Positions 40,397 to 54,900 of a DNA stretch of 64,000 nt are shown one piece after another. Every line of letters starts with the position of its first letter. Position 1 is the first letter of the stretch. Below the pieces are notes generated by a model. It saw only the letters and a program-made list of their open reading frames with translations. It was not told where the DNA came from and searched no databases. The stretch is from assembly GCA_964252035.1 (NCBI GenBank), contig OZ176205.1; one strand, given 5' to 3'. The DNA is from Podarcis erhardii. Taxonomy: Eukaryota. Both the position numbers and the translations under genes were made by a program.

Positions 40397-43300
40397 TAAA
40401 ATACTAAAGTAGGGAAGGGAAGAAGATTGTCCCATTTCTGCCAAATCAAAAGGTTTTCCATATTCTTCAAAAGCACTAGGTTTTGATAATTTTTTGGCAG
40501 GAAGCTTATTGTGCTAAATGGGGCATCGGCAAGGTAAATCCTATTCTCTTAAAAATGACAGAATTTGGCCTTAAGCAGACAAGTCACCTTTAAACAGACA
40601 ATTAGATTTTAAAACTCTTAGCAAACTAGAATGATCCAATTTGTTGTGGACCAGGCAGAGCAAAAATTAAATTAACACTGCACACCCTGAACTGTAGCGA
40701 AGGCATTTCTCAGTTGACAGCTTTCCGACAATAGAATTTTGTGCAGATCATACATTTTCCCTACTTTTAAGCTCTGAAGCAACATGAAATACTTATCACA
40801 GATTCTCACACCTTGCAAATTTCAAATTATTTATTTTAGATGAGGTTGGACTTCAAATTAAAGCCCATTCCCACACTCCAATCCCCACATTGTGTTAGTT
40901 AAAAAATCCAACAACCCTAGTTTTTGTAGAATCACACACACATGCTGTAAAATATATATACCATAATTGAAATGTTAGTCTGTAGATAAGGAACAGTTTT
41001 AAGCTGATCTGCTTACTACAGCATCAGTGCTGTATACTTGCTCTATCTGTTTAAGATTTTTGGCAGAGAAAGCTGAAAATGGAATTTAAGGCATTTTTTG
41101 TCTTCCCTGAATTCTCCCAGGGGGTCAGGACCTGAATCCCAAAAAGGGTATGAATGGGAAGAGAAATAGTGCTTTTGGTTAATAACATTGTAAATGGACT
41201 CTTTGTTAGTGAATTCTAGATGAAATAAGATGGTCTGGGTTAAGACCAGAGGTCAGGCTACATTATGAAAATGGACCTTCCTAACTGCAGAAAGTCTTAC
41301 TAGCCATTTTGGCTTTGTTATATTGCTCTCTCTGCAAAATGTCTCTGAAAACCCTTGGCTGGTTTGTTGTAATACAGAGTGCTTCTGAAATGTAAACACA
41401 TGGTAGAAAGAAACTCAGCTCTACCTATAAAACCTGCTGCACACTTTGATGGCTTTTGTTTGTCTGATTTTATAAAAATTAATATCAGAATATTTAATGC
41501 TGGAACTTTAAATATAGCCCACTTAGTGATCTAATCCTGCAGAATACTAGGTTTTGTCACTCTCATAATGTGGAAAGATCACAGCTGCAAGCTTCAATCA
41601 ACTAACCCAGGGATGTGAAATCAGCTAAAGCTTTAATAACAAACTAAAAATCTGCACAATTAATCAGCTGGGCCAACAAGAAACAGACATCTCACATGGG
41701 AAGTCGTGAATGCTTCAATAATGTGCAACATACCAGTTCTCTCCTCCCTTCACTAATTTGGACTAAACAGAATTTGTCCCCCCCCCATCCTCATTCCAGT
41801 TTGTATCTGGGAGGCAAACTATAGCTTCCAAGGAACAAACCGCTAACAGTGCTCAATTGAAATAAGTGGGCAAGATTCACCTAACCAACCCCATCAGCAG
41901 AAGCCCTGTGTAAGGACTTCCACTTGCACAATGGGGCTTCCTCCACCCTTCCAAGGTTCCCCCCCCCAAAAAAAAATTGGTTGGGGTTTTTACCTCAGAA
42001 GAAGCCCCAGAATAGTGCCTCGGGGGAGAAGACCAGGCAGGGGGAAGAGGGAGCCCGACTGCACATTGAATTCCACTCAGTACGTCTTTTAAACCTAGAT
42101 CTTGCATAAAACTGATAGGCCGTGAACTTAAGGTTTTCCCCTAAGCCATTTTGTTTCTGATGACTTGCTGCAATCGGGAAAATTCCATATTCTCAATTTC
42201 CTGTTTTTAAAAAATGAATGCCAAATTGGTGGGCTTTTAATTCTAAATGATGTAACGTAGCTTTCATTTGTTACACTTCCAAAATCTCAACACATGACTG
42301 AAAGTGTCCTTTTCCTTCTCCCCAAGTCTGACTTCCCAGTCACAAGAAGCCAAGCAAGGCTTTAAATCTTGACGATTTCATTGTTGTTAACAGTCTTGCC
42401 ATCTCTCAAAGTTCACTATATATAATGAGTTGGCTTAAGTGCCCCTTTTATCATCTAGCTTTCGACCTCCTCTGGGTCCATGAGGGTCAGACGCTTGATA
42501 TTCTCCAACAGAGCGAGGGTTGGAGAATTACTCCAGCATTAAAACGAAAACACACGTTCTCATGAATTTCTATAACAAATGAGGTTTGGAGTGAAAGATT
42601 AATTAAATACACTTGAGATAATCACAAAAGCTGTCTGGACTACAAATGGCTCCCCTGCTGCAGAAGAACCAAGATATGCCCCCCCCCAAGCACTTGCAGG
42701 TTCACTGAGGTGGACACACATATGGTTTTTTGTCTTTGAAGGAGCTTGAACAAAAGATGCATGACACCAAAAGAGAACCAGTACATAAAATCAGAGACCA
42801 ATGAAAATCATCACACTATAGGTAAGCAGGAAGATAGCAGGAAGGTAATCTTCCTGCTGCTTTTGTCCAACAATATAATAGGTGTAAAAGAAATGAAGAC
42901 ACCAAGCAGCCAACAATACTATCTATATTGCAGGATCTTCATGATAAACTAAGTGTTCAATTCAACATCACAGCAGATGCCACAGCGATAGCATTTCATA
43001 CCTTCATGCAAAAGCACAGCAAATGAAATAAAGTCACTTTAAAGTGTGTAAGATTTGTCAAACAACACTGAAGAAAAACCCAGAGAAAGTGCATTATATA
43101 ACCAAGGAACTCAAGCTTAGGAAAACTAGCATGTATACTTTATAGAATATGACAGAGGGAAAGTAGAAGAGTCTGAGTTCTCTTAGGGCCTTTCTGCACT
43201 TACCATTATAGTGATAGAGTTGTTAGGTTTGGGGCACTTTTTGGCTACACAACATTGACATTATTCAGCTAGTATTCTGGAATAATGTACTAAAGAAGCT

Positions 43301-46300
43301 GCCTTTTCTTGTGCTGCCAAATAAAATAAATAAATAAATAAATATTCTGACTCGGGAAAGATCCAAAATGGATCTTTGTGTGACATGTGAACAAGCATCG
43401 TCCTATTTTCTGTGTGGAGGGTTGGTGGATGTTGTTTGGTAGGAATCTGTTTCCCAACACTTCCATCTGATGGGTGCAAGCAGTTCAGAGGAGAGCTTTG
43501 GCCAGTGCAGAGTCCAAGTCAAAGTACTGTCCTGACAGCAATCATTAGCTGCATGCAAAATTTCATTGCAGCAACTAGGTTTGCAGTAGCTTAGGCAGAC
43601 ACGTAATTCCTCTTCTAGTCTCCTAGACAACCATAAAATTACAATTCTGGAGTACTAGGCATCAAATACCCTGCCCTGAAAAAGAAATCCAGGAAAGGGC
43701 TACCCATGCCCAGAATGCCAACATTTTCTGGCTGAAGGAACATGAGGCTGTGACTACAGCCATGGAACAATTCTCACTTTGGGTGCAACCTTTACTTTTT
43801 TGTGGAGAAAAAACCCAGCCCTCTGATTTGTTACCGAGCTCTCCTCCTGAAGCTTCTGATTTCACTCACCATTTAAAACTGTACTCCGCTTTTCACCTGG
43901 CATGTTTCCTCAGATGCAAAAAAGTTATTTCCTGCAATTCCTAGAACTTTCTGTGGCCTAAGGTGCCATTATGTAGCTAGTGTTCACCAGAGCTAGTCTT
44001 CTTTAACTGGGTCCAACAGCAGTCACACAAAGTACTTAGTACAAAAAGCAGGTCCAACAAAATGATTATCTTGGGGCAGCACAACTGCATTGTATAGCAC
44101 AACTACAGCAACCATTGCTGAATGTTTACTTCAAAAGAGGGTGGGGAATCAAGCCCTGCTGTCATAAGGATAAAGCTGCAAAAAAATGTCCAATCTTTGG
44201 GCTTCATGTTTGGATGGATATGAAGTTAGATTAACAGATGCTGGCAGGTTCCCTGCTGTGGCAATAGGAAGAGAAAGAGCTAAACTGGCCAGATGGAGGA
44301 AGATGGAAGCAAAGGGTAGCACTGGAGAGTGGTTGTGTGGGTTTGGTCCTAATCCTAATAAAGGTATTCCTTCATTTGCTTCTGAATATTAAACACATGA
44401 CAGAAAGAAGCTCAGCTGCTGGGTACTGAAGGGCGAAGGAGAGGACTGGCTTCTCATTTGAAATCCAACCCTTTAATGAGAGTGCACTGCGGGCTTAAAG
44501 ATAAAGGGAGCCTTTGATCAGAAGCAGAGCCTTGCTGCATATGAGGAGTAACAAAGACATACTGTGAAGGGCAATGGACACTTGGGCAGCCATCTAAGGG
44601 AGTTGTGCAAGCACACAGTGTGTGGTACTGGAAGCAGCATCTGAGCCATAACCCTCCTTGTGTCACAATGAGGACTTCAGGACTTTGAAGCCCTGTCCCT
44701 CTTCTAACGCACTTGGGTAACGTAACTGTTATCAACCCACAGGGGAGATGGGAACTTTGAAAACATACTAAAAGGAAAAATCTGATTTTAAGGTAGATCC
44801 CACTAAGGTTACTATTTTGGCAGCAAAACTCTGCCTAAAAGACAATGGCCATGCAGCCACGTTAAGGTCCCAACAGATAGTCATGGCCAGGTATTCCAGC
44901 TGTTTTTTAAGGACATCAAATGTGGGTTTGGTTTTGAAGGTCCTGTCAGCTGAAACCTCTGGCTCGCTTGCCTTTGACTATCAAAACCTGATGTTTAATA
45001 CATCCATCTGTCATTTGCTTAAACCTGCATTTGTAGCTGTATGATAAAATTGTGTCCCTGGAAAGCTGGAATAACATTGAATTTCTGTCCATCTATCCTA
45101 TTAAGGGTCCATAAATTAGCCTTGCTGAACCTGCTGGCCGTCAGATTTATATATATGTTTACTACAATTCCCATCAGGTCCTGTCAGTACAGCATCAGGT
45201 TTAGGAAGGGTGTCATGGAGCAAGTTTGCTATCCAGTGCTCTAACCACTATTGGGCACAATTTACCCTTCAGCAAGGATTAACTTTGGCAAGGAGTGACA
45301 ATCATTTGCCGGAACAGTGCTCTTCCCTTGATGCCAGTGATGCAGATAAACCAAGTGCACTAGAGGCAGGCTTTTCTTACACAATTTATAGAACAGCATG
45401 TCTGGGTTTATTGCCTTGGTATGTTCCGTGAGACTGTGTTTAATTGCTGTGGTGTAAGAGTCAGTGAAAGCAGGCTGAAACACACAGATGTGCAGCTTTC
45501 TAACTGATTAGCTAAAAGTAAATGAAACCAAGAGACCCTCACTAAGTAATGATTTTCCCCAGAGTAAAGGGCTCCACTTATGCTCATAGTCTCAACCTCT
45601 ATACCCAGATACAAATGCTGCCTGCTTTCATTAGCAGAGATGAGAACACAGAATTTGAGGCTCTGCCTAATTAAATTCAGCGTATTATTACTGAGCCTGC
45701 TCTGACAAATATACAGGCTGAATGGGGAAGGTGGGGAATCTGTATGCAGAAAGAGATACATATCTATATTTCACAGAGATATATTGCATTCATACTGATT
45801 ACCCAAACTTCAATTTGATGCAAAGGAGGACAATGCTCATGTACCTAGAATAGCTGGACTGAAGAATGAATTTTAACAGGTACAAGTCGTTAGGGAGGGG
45901 TAAGAAAAGCTGTACCTGATGAGCCTCTTCAATACAAGTTATTTAATACAGGAGTCCTGACCTATTATATATAGTCATTCTATCTGTGATGGATAAGAGG
46001 AAGGGAAAATCAAGACAACACGCTGAGGCTTAAAAGCTGCAGAAATGCAAGGAGCAAAGTCTGAGAGCAAGGTTGTTCTAGATAATTGGAGGATGACCTC
46101 TATTTGCCAGAACAGCAAGCAATAGGTAGACAGAGCACAATTTCCTTTGGTAGTGAGATAACCACTTATATTCCTTATTTAAACCAATACACATGGTACT
46201 CAATGTGTTAATAACTTCTAATTCAGCAGGTTTTGTTTTGTTTTGTTTGTCCAGTCCCCTTAACATTTTTTCTAAAATTAAATGTAGCACCTTAAAGGCT

Positions 46301-48526
46301 CAAGGTAGAAATCTTTCCCTACTAGCTGCTGAACATTTCCAGTTTTCAATGTTGAACAGGCATCCATTCATTTACTTTTATCCTACTAAACTGAAATAAC
46401 TGCTAGAAAGGCATGGAACAGCTGAAATTTCTCCATCACTAATAGTGTAATATCTATGTACGTCTACTCAGAAGGGAGTTCAATGACACATGCTCCCTGG
46501 AAAATGTGTATAGTGCTGCATATTTAAAAGTACACTTCTAGAGCCCTAGTACTGCCATGCACAAAGGAAACAACTAGACACACACATACTATTATTTAAT
46601 TATTCAAAGAAGATTCTAATGGGCTGTTAACAAGAACTGCCTTCCCAGAGTGTGTGTACAGCACTTGTAGGCTTGGGAAGGCTGGATGAATATTTTATAA
46701 ACACTGATGGGGAGCCAAACCTATTTCCAGGAGAGTTTTCCCTTGCTTTGGCAATGTGAGGAAATTGAAAGAGAAATAACCCATTAATTTGCTCCAAGTC
46801 TAACGACTGCAAAACAAATAAATAAATAAATAAATATGCAGACATGTAGTCATTCAGTAAGTGATATAAGTGCCAAATTGAATGAACCACAAATGTGAGG
46901 ACTGAAATATGGTTCTGCTGAAACGCTAATCATTTTAGGCTTGTATCAATATAGCACTAAGTAATCATCCCTCTGGCGTAAGGATTTATGCTTGCGCAAC
47001 AGGACTTTCTGCCCCTCTGCCCCCTCTCCAAATATGCTCCAGAGAGTGAGGGAACCTGCAGGAAAAATTTAGGGGCCTTGCATGGAGAGAGGAGAGAAAG
47101 TCCTGTTGTCTGTGTAAATCCTTGTGCTGGCTGGATGGTTACTTAGCGTGACATTGAATACAAGCCATTATCCTCATGTCAATCTCTACCCTTGATTTTG
47201 AAGCATTTATCTCCCATTTCTGCATATGGGGAAAGACTAGCAAATTCTTTATTTTCCACCAGTTGACATCCAGTCTTTTTCTTCTTGACAAAGAAATTTG
47301 TCAAGAGCTTGCTTTATAAACTTGGTAGAGTTTATAAAGCAACAACCCAAAAAATGTGCTACCCAGTCCTATTCCACAGAAACCAGTGGCTGCTGCTTCT
47401 TAGGCACAGAACCAAAAATTCTAAAACTTATTCTTTCAAGAGTCAGATCTTCCTGAGATTTTAGTTGTAACTTCTTACACATTAGCAAAACTGCTTTTCT
47501 CTAGCAGAAGAGCCAGAATCAATCACTTATGGACTAGTTGTACTGCATAACAAAAAACAAATTGATCCAGATTTATCCTTAGCAAATGAAACTACAATCC
47601 TTTAAATCAGGGTTGCAGGAGAGCAAGGCAGACAACTCTAATAAGCCACTTTCTTTCATCAGAACACACTGCTGGATTCCTAAGTGTGCGTGAGGAATGT
47701 CAAATCCTTCCCTGTCCCTAATGTAAACCTTAGGTCTAGCTCATACAGTGGCTAATATCACATCATAAAGAAAACATGGAACTAAGAGCCTTTTGCTCAT
47801 AGTGCACATGTCAACATTCATAGGATCTTGGCAACCACACATGCATTTACTCTGTAGGAGCTGCAAAACACCACTCATAAGAGCTAATAATTTTAATGTA
47901 TGCCGTGCTAGACTGGCATCCTTTTAAACCAAATTGGACAGGCCCTTTTTATGTAGGCCATGCAACTGTTTTCACACTGTGGTCCAGCAACCCCTGAAGT
48001 TTCGGTCCATCTAAATGTACAGCTTTGTTCTATTCAGTTTGTACATCAGTACAAAATATGCTAGACTAAAGGGCAACTGTCAGCTTTAGAGTCTGAGTAA
48101 AAGGCTTTTTTGTTTTGACATTGCACAGAATATTGCTCTGGTTCTATCAATTTTATGTCTCCAAAATTGTCAGAGTTGGGTTTCTTGACACTTTCCAGGT
48201 TTGATTGTTAATATTATTAGATCTCATAATTCTAATCTGAATTCTGCTACATAGTAGTTCTTCTGGAAAGCATAACAAAAACCTTACGATTCCCTTTCCA
48301 AGGTGGGATGTGTCTGACTTCAAGCAGTAAAAATCTGTCTGCTATTTGCACAAACAAAACATGGGTCAGGGTGAAGCCAAATCTGGCCTATATAATGCTA
48401 CATTCATACATGCTCAAATAGAGCCTAGATTAGATTCAGGTATTATTGGTGCTGTTCAGTAATGAGTTTGGTTAACATCAGAGGTCCACAAATACAGTAA
48501 TCACAGTTCACTAGCGGCAAATTTGA

Positions 48527-48717
48527 GGAGGGTTGTAGCTCAATCATTGAACATCTACCTTGCATTCAGAAGGTCCCTGGTTCAATACAAGATCTTTCCA
48601 GGTAGGGCTTTGGAAAATCCTTGCCTCAAACCCTGGAGAGCCATTGCCAATCAGTGCAGGCAGTACTGAGCTAGATGGACCAATGGTCTGACTCAGTATA
48701 AGGCAACTTCCTATGTT
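48527..48717 (+). mobile_element. tRNA-derived SINE with CR1-like tail (Squam3-like)
   Basis: Decayed tRNA-like head gtagctcaatc...cagaaggtccctggttcaat; tail gagctagatggaccaatggtctgactcagtataaggcaacttcctatgtt. Confidence 0.65.
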
Positions 48718-50164
48718 ATCATTGGTTGTCAAGCCCCAGGACCAACTCAGCAATAGAGGCAAATGAGTCAACTCCATGGAGTTTCAAGATCTCAAGAGTG
48801 CCAGCCTCAGCCATGTCTGAGAGAGAGACAAGAGAGAAAGAGAGAGACAGACAGAGAGAGGTGCTGCCCATGTTTTAAAATGGGGTTCCAAGTTGCAGTT
48901 TGCAGCTGGATTACATACCCTGTATTTCAATGTTCTTCTGAGCTCTACCAACTTTACAGGGCTTGATTATGATTATAATTATAATTATAATTGGGAGGAG
49001 TAATGAATGCAAAAAATGTATTCTGATCCAAAAAATGTATATTGATCCAATTTAAAAGCATGAGCTGATGCACAATTACTCACAAGGAAGCCCTGCCAAG
49101 CGCAACCCAAAATGTGTGGGCACTTGGTTAACCTAGAGCAAAAATATAATTTTGGTTCTTTAATTATCAAGAATAAATCAATCTGCTACCCTTTGTATCG
49201 CTGGGAATAAAAATACAGTTAAAAAGGTAGGAGGATCTATACATAAGGAAAGTAAGTTTGCAAAGTAATATCAATTAAATAGTTACAACAAAATATGGCA
49301 GGGGAAAGCATCAGCAGGAAATACAGCCCAAACCCTACTAAAATGTTCAAATCCAATGCAAACAAAGACTTTAGATGGGGCAAGAAGGCTAGAGAGTGAA
49401 TTATTTCTCTCTCATCCTGTGAATGTAGCAGCTTCTGTAAGCTCAATGAGAGGGTGAAGCCTTTTCTTGTCCAGGATTCAACTAACCCCAGAATACCAAG
49501 GGCACCAAAATGCATTCTCATTTCCCAGAGTTCTGTATTTGTGACTCCTGCCAACTGAGATTTCCCAAGCCAAAAGGGGACTGCTTTTATTATTGCGGTG
49601 AACAAACTTTGAGTGCTGGGGACACAAGGGTTCAGGGACACTCTTTGGTTCTCCACAAGCTGGGCTACAGAAAGCTCCTGGCACCTGCAATCTGATCAGC
49701 AGACAGTCTCTGTCATCTGCTGTCAAAAGAAATTTGGTGCTACCCTTTTGCCTGTCAGCCAGAAATGTATTGCTTTGTGTCTGACTAACAGTCTCAGGAG
49801 AACAAAACAACTCCCACCTCCAGTTGTGACCAAAGGCAAATGTGGACCTTTCTATGATGCAACTGAAAAATGGATGCTGTTCCAGAGAGACACATTTCCA
49901 AAACTAGGGCACTTTTATTCACAGTTTTATAGTGGAAAACAATAGCTGCTCTCAGGTTATAGGTTAGGGTGCTATAATGAACATAACTTTGAAATGCAAC
50001 CTGGGGAGGATGTTTTCTTCTTTTTAAAAATGCCTCTTCCCTATTATAGACTGTTGTTAACACTAGGATCTAGAGTAGGGAGAGGCAACCTGATGTCTTT
50101 TTTCCCTGGAAAAGCACCCTGGTCCACTCATGGAGCAACTCTCCTACGGATGGTTCACCTTCTG

Positions 50165-50240
50165 GTTGGTCACTGTAAGAACAGGATGCTGGACTAGATG
50201 GGTCCTTGGCCTGATCCAGCAAGCTTTTCTTATGCTCTTA
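50165..50240 (+). mobile_element. CR1-type 3' tail remnant
   Basis: caggatgctggactagatgggtccttggcctgatccagcaagcttttcttatgctctta; a similar remnant is near 4190-4250. Confidence 0.55.
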
Positions 50241-50683
50241 ACACATGTAGCTTGAGGGAATGGGGCAAGCAGAGGATGGGGCCTCTGGCCTGCACATTTG
50301 CAGAAGACTGAGCCTTTCATTCACCAGACAGCCTTCGGTTCTCCCCTTTCTGCATAAACACATGCAACTTCTCTGTATCTCAGTGTTGTTAAGTGGTAGC
50401 AACAGCAAAAAAATAATTAAAAAAAATGCAGAAGCCTATCATGCATACATGCGCAGCAGCAGCAGCAATAGCAGCTCAAACATTATGGTCAACCCTTTCA
50501 ATGGACCCATTCCCTACATCAGAAAGAGGAGGCTATCTGCCAATGCATCTGTTTATACATTCTCTCCCCCATTGAAAGGGTTAACTTGGTGCATGCTTAT
50601 ATAATGCCAGCGCTCCCAAGAGACAAGCCTTCAGCTCACACTCCCCCATCATGCCTGTGTAGTCTGCCAGCTTGGTACAGTAC

Positions 50684-50698
50684 CTGAGGTTGGAAGAA
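50684..50698 (-). CDS. NFASC: NFASC 15-nt microexon (VLPTS), probable counterpart of the mammalian ATPTA mini-exon before the PAT domain
   Basis: Long pyrimidine tract, then ggcgctgcacactctgaag|TTCTTCCAACCTCAG|gtactg. Frame-preserving (phase 1 to 1), and it lies between FNIII-4 and PAT as expected. Confidence 0.75.
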
Positions 50699-51962
50699 CT
50701 TCAGAGTGTGCAGCGCCAAACACAGGGAAGGGAAACATGAGGAAAGAAGGGAAAGAGAGAACACAGGAATATATAAAACCACAGCATAAACATGGCAGGC
50801 TGAGGCTGTAATAAAGAGAAGGTGTGTTAGTCCTCCATATTCCACGGCTACCCTCAGCCAATCTTTACCATAAATGACCATCCAAACCAACACAGGGAGA
50901 CACAGCTGATTTGGTTTCCTTCACCTTATTTTCATTTCTTGGGGCAAAAGTTCTGCAGTTTGTGGTTTTAAATTCAACAAAATGGGTCTTTCGCATCCTG
51001 TCTGCTTCCATTTGAGTCCCCTAAATGTCAGGACAAATTCTATTCTACTGCAACTTGGCTGCAAGCTCATTATCGATTCTTAGACACTTATGATGGATGA
51101 GACAATAGGCAATGCAAATAACCACAGGAATACTGTATTTCATTTGCATCCCCTGGCTCAAATAATGTCTGCGAGAAATGGAAGCTGTGGCTTGGATCTT
51201 TATTTCCATTTATAAATGCCTCCCCTGCATCGGTAGGAGAAAAGAAAATTGGCAAGGCTCCCTCTAGGCAACATGCTTTTGTGCAATTCCAAATGCTTAG
51301 CTGCGTATTGCAGAGTGTCTGATGGGCCTAAACGTTCTGCCTACGGAGACTGCTCAACATTCATTAATAATCTGAGTGGTACACATCTCCGCTTTTATTT
51401 GAAGATCCTGCAAAACCTCACTCATGAGATTCCACTGAGGGACAATTCCCTCGACCCACAAGATCACTACAGTATTTATGAAAACTTTGCTGAATTCCAG
51501 TTGTGTTGCCACATACACTGAGGCAGTCTTGCATTACCGACACCACATGCAGAAGTCAATGTAGTTTGGGGTTTCGCACACTGCTTTGAACACTCACAAA
51601 GCAACAATAATCACAGTATGAAGAATCTTCTGCATCTGGTGGCAGTCTGCACACTGTCACTTTAACACATGACAGCTATGGGTAGAATTCAGCATGAAAA
51701 TGAAAGAGGACTTTGGCTACTAGAATGCTACCAGGAGGGTGTTTTTCTTTTTCTTTTTTAAGCATAAGGCCACAGTTCACCACCTTTGTTGTTCAAACTG
51801 TTCAGTAAGTTCCATTAAATGTTGCAGGGCCTACAGAGCTCTAGCTCTCTGTGGCAAAGCAACTATACTTGGGTATCTTAGAAAGATAAGCAAAGGTTTG
51901 GGAGAAAGAAAGAGTAGTTTTGAGTATATCAGACCTTTTCAGAATATCTTTATTTTATATGA

Positions 51963-51990
<28 letters not shown>
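51963..51990. repeat. (GT)14 microsatellite
   Basis: Direct reading. Confidence 0.95.
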
Positions 51991-51993
<3 letters not shown>

Positions 51994-54900
51994 GTTGTTG
52001 TTTTAATGCAAAAGGCTGGGAGACACTGGACTCGATTACTGTGATGCAAACAGCATCAGCAATAGAGTAATCGCCTCAATTCAGACATAACAGTAATTCA
52101 TGGTTTGTCAATTATGAGAATTAGCCAAGTCTCAGGCTTGCTTGTTCCTCCTTCCCCTTCCTTTCTCCACTGAACACAAGGGGTGCAGATTTGAAGCTTT
52201 TACTTCAAATTTGTGCTAAACCATACGTTTTCATTTCATCTAAATGTGGCAAACTATGGTTTATGGAACCCATAATTTACAATAAAACTAGGATCTCAAA
52301 TGAGAATCTAGCTGTGGTTTGGCATCCCAATTTGATTGTAAACAATGGTTTGCATGCAACAGTTTGCCACATTCTGTTGAAATGACAAACCATGGTTTGC
52401 TGCAAATCAGAAGGAAAAATTTCTAATTCACCACTCCCCAGATTTCTTCTACAGAAATTGTTACAAGAAAGCCTTTTTAGACTGCTATGATTGCTCTTGG
52501 GCTAATTCAAATTACCAGCAACATAACAAATGCATAGATGCTATACAACAAATCCAGGAAAAATGTGTCTAGAAATAAGATTCTGAACCATTATTTAAAT
52601 TCTCCACTCTTCCTCAAAGCAGTTTTGCAAATTCTAAGAAAAATCCAAATTTAGTGTGGGAAGCACCTTCAGAGTTCAAAAGTTGCAGTGCATTCACTAG
52701 CTATTGTCAACCAGAACATTATCCCCTCCCCCCCTTAATACAGTATGGGAAGAAATATCTGATAACATTACCAGCAAGTGCTATATATAACATACCCGGA
52801 ACCTGCCCACTTATAGAAATATGGGAAGCGATTCATTTTTAAAATGTGTATTCAGGGAAATACTTTTCCCACATATTGCCATTCAGGAGATAAAAAGCAA
52901 CAGCTCATTAAATAATGTGAGAGACTGAGCTGAATTTGGGGGTCTTTCTGGAAACGTTACAGAATATTAAGAGTCAGCTTTGTTTTGCACTCACTTCCCA
53001 GAGGGCTACTGAACTTTCACTTAGCTTGACGGATATTTCACAAAGAGTATTTTATCCTATTACAAGTCTGCAAGTTGTGGCATTTTCCTACGGAGGGTCG
53101 TTTGTTGATTACAGCAGTGATGGGAAAGGCTGTGCATCTCTAGCTCATTTCTTGCAGTTTTCAGGAGGCTATTGGATGCCTCTGTTTTATAGGTTTCCCT
53201 ATCAATAAGAAGTATTTAAGCCTGATTAATAGTATATCAAGTTGCAGAGATGTTCTTACGTTGTGCAAGCTGATCACCTTACAGAAGAATGTATTATTAT
53301 TACGAAAGCTAACAAAGGATATACAATTTCAATTAAAAGTATTCACATTCTGTCTTCTTTCTTTCAAACGCATGTAACTGCTTAATGTTGTAACAAAGCA
53401 CATTCCCATGACTCATTCCCATAACTCTCCAACAGTTGGGAGATTTTGTTAGTCTTCATTCCCTGGTATATACAACCGTAAAGACTGATACCATGTAGGA
53501 AACCCTTTCTCTAGAAAGCACTATTTCCTTAGCATAAATGAAAAGAAATAATTGTAGAACATATTGTAGATTATCCTCTAAAAACTTCTACATTATAGTC
53601 TTAATTGTACATTAATATCTCATTGCAAAAATACTTGTCTTCTGGGCAGCACAGTTCTGTCCTGGTGAGGCGGGGAAGAGATTGCATGGCAGAGCAACTG
53701 TTGTATCTACAGCCCCAGCAGCATCTGCCCAAAGTCACCCAGTGAGTTTTATTGCCAACTGGCAGCCTTGTCCAATACCCCTAAGAACTTTTGCTAGTCT
53801 TAAAAAAAAGTCTCTCTCTCTTTTCGCTTCCCTCAGAATGGATGGGTATTTTGATCAAGCAGCATCATTGGTTGAACAAAATGGCCCCCTCACTGCATTT
53901 ATTTTGTAAGCAGTGCAACAGGAGAGGTGGTGTCTTCTGGACAGAGGGTCATGAAGGGCAGAAAAATAAGGGACTTACCCGAGGTAGCAAACAAAGCTCT
54001 TCCCAGCAGGCTGCTGGCAGCCATTTTCTTCTGCCAGAATCTATCTGGGAACGACAGTAGGTGATGACAAAGTGTCATTCCCACGAGACTTCTGGGATGA
54101 AAATGGCGACTGCTATACCAAAGTACTGCATTATCATGTAAGGTTGTTTTCATATAGGTTCTAGTAAAAGAAAAGGTGATCTTCCAACCAGAGACCACTG
54201 GAAATAATTCTGTTCTACTGCTGTGAAACTGCCAAGGAAAAGGGAGTAAGCAAAGGGAGATGCCATGGTGCCAGGGGTGTGCCTACTGACCCCAAGTGGC
54301 CTGGGTGTTTCCTAAAAGGCTAGAAAAGGCCAGGAAGGACATAAAACCTGCAATGCTTTTTTTAGGAGCAAGGAACCTAGTTTGGGAGTGGGGTTAGTCT
54401 GGAACCTGGCTGGAAGCTAGGAGAGATAATGTGGGGTGCTGGTGGTGGTGGAGTCATGGGGTTCTGTTCAAACCCTTTCCCCCTCTTGAGCTGTTGTTTT
54501 AAGCTAGCATCAGTCCAGCCTGCTTGCCCAAAAGCCAGTTCTTCTCTACTTGTTTAGTGCAAATCTGGTATACCCTAACGTGAAAAACATGTCAAGTTTC
54601 AAAAAAGGGAGAAAATTATACTTAATGGACCTGTGAGTGGGCAGATACATAGTGAGCCAATCAACACAATATACAAGAAGCTGGATGCTAATGTCAGTAA
54701 AATAAAAACTTGAGAGCTGCTTAAAATCTGAAATTATTATGGCAAGCAAGGTGGTGATGGTGAAAATGATTGCCTATCAAGCAATTGTTTTCCCGATTTA
54801 CAGTCTAGCTCTTATTGCATTGAAAGAATGGCAATCTATTACAAATAAGTACATTTAAAGGTAAAAATAAACCTCAAGTAAAGCAATCTACTTTGCAAAA

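Noticed and set aside
43400-43480. Thr/Pro-containing minus-strand ORFs considered as a second PAT exon
   Set aside because: No phase-1 acceptor/donor pair with an open frame
48527-48600. tRNA-like sequence
   Set aside because: Decayed SINE head with no complete cloverleaf
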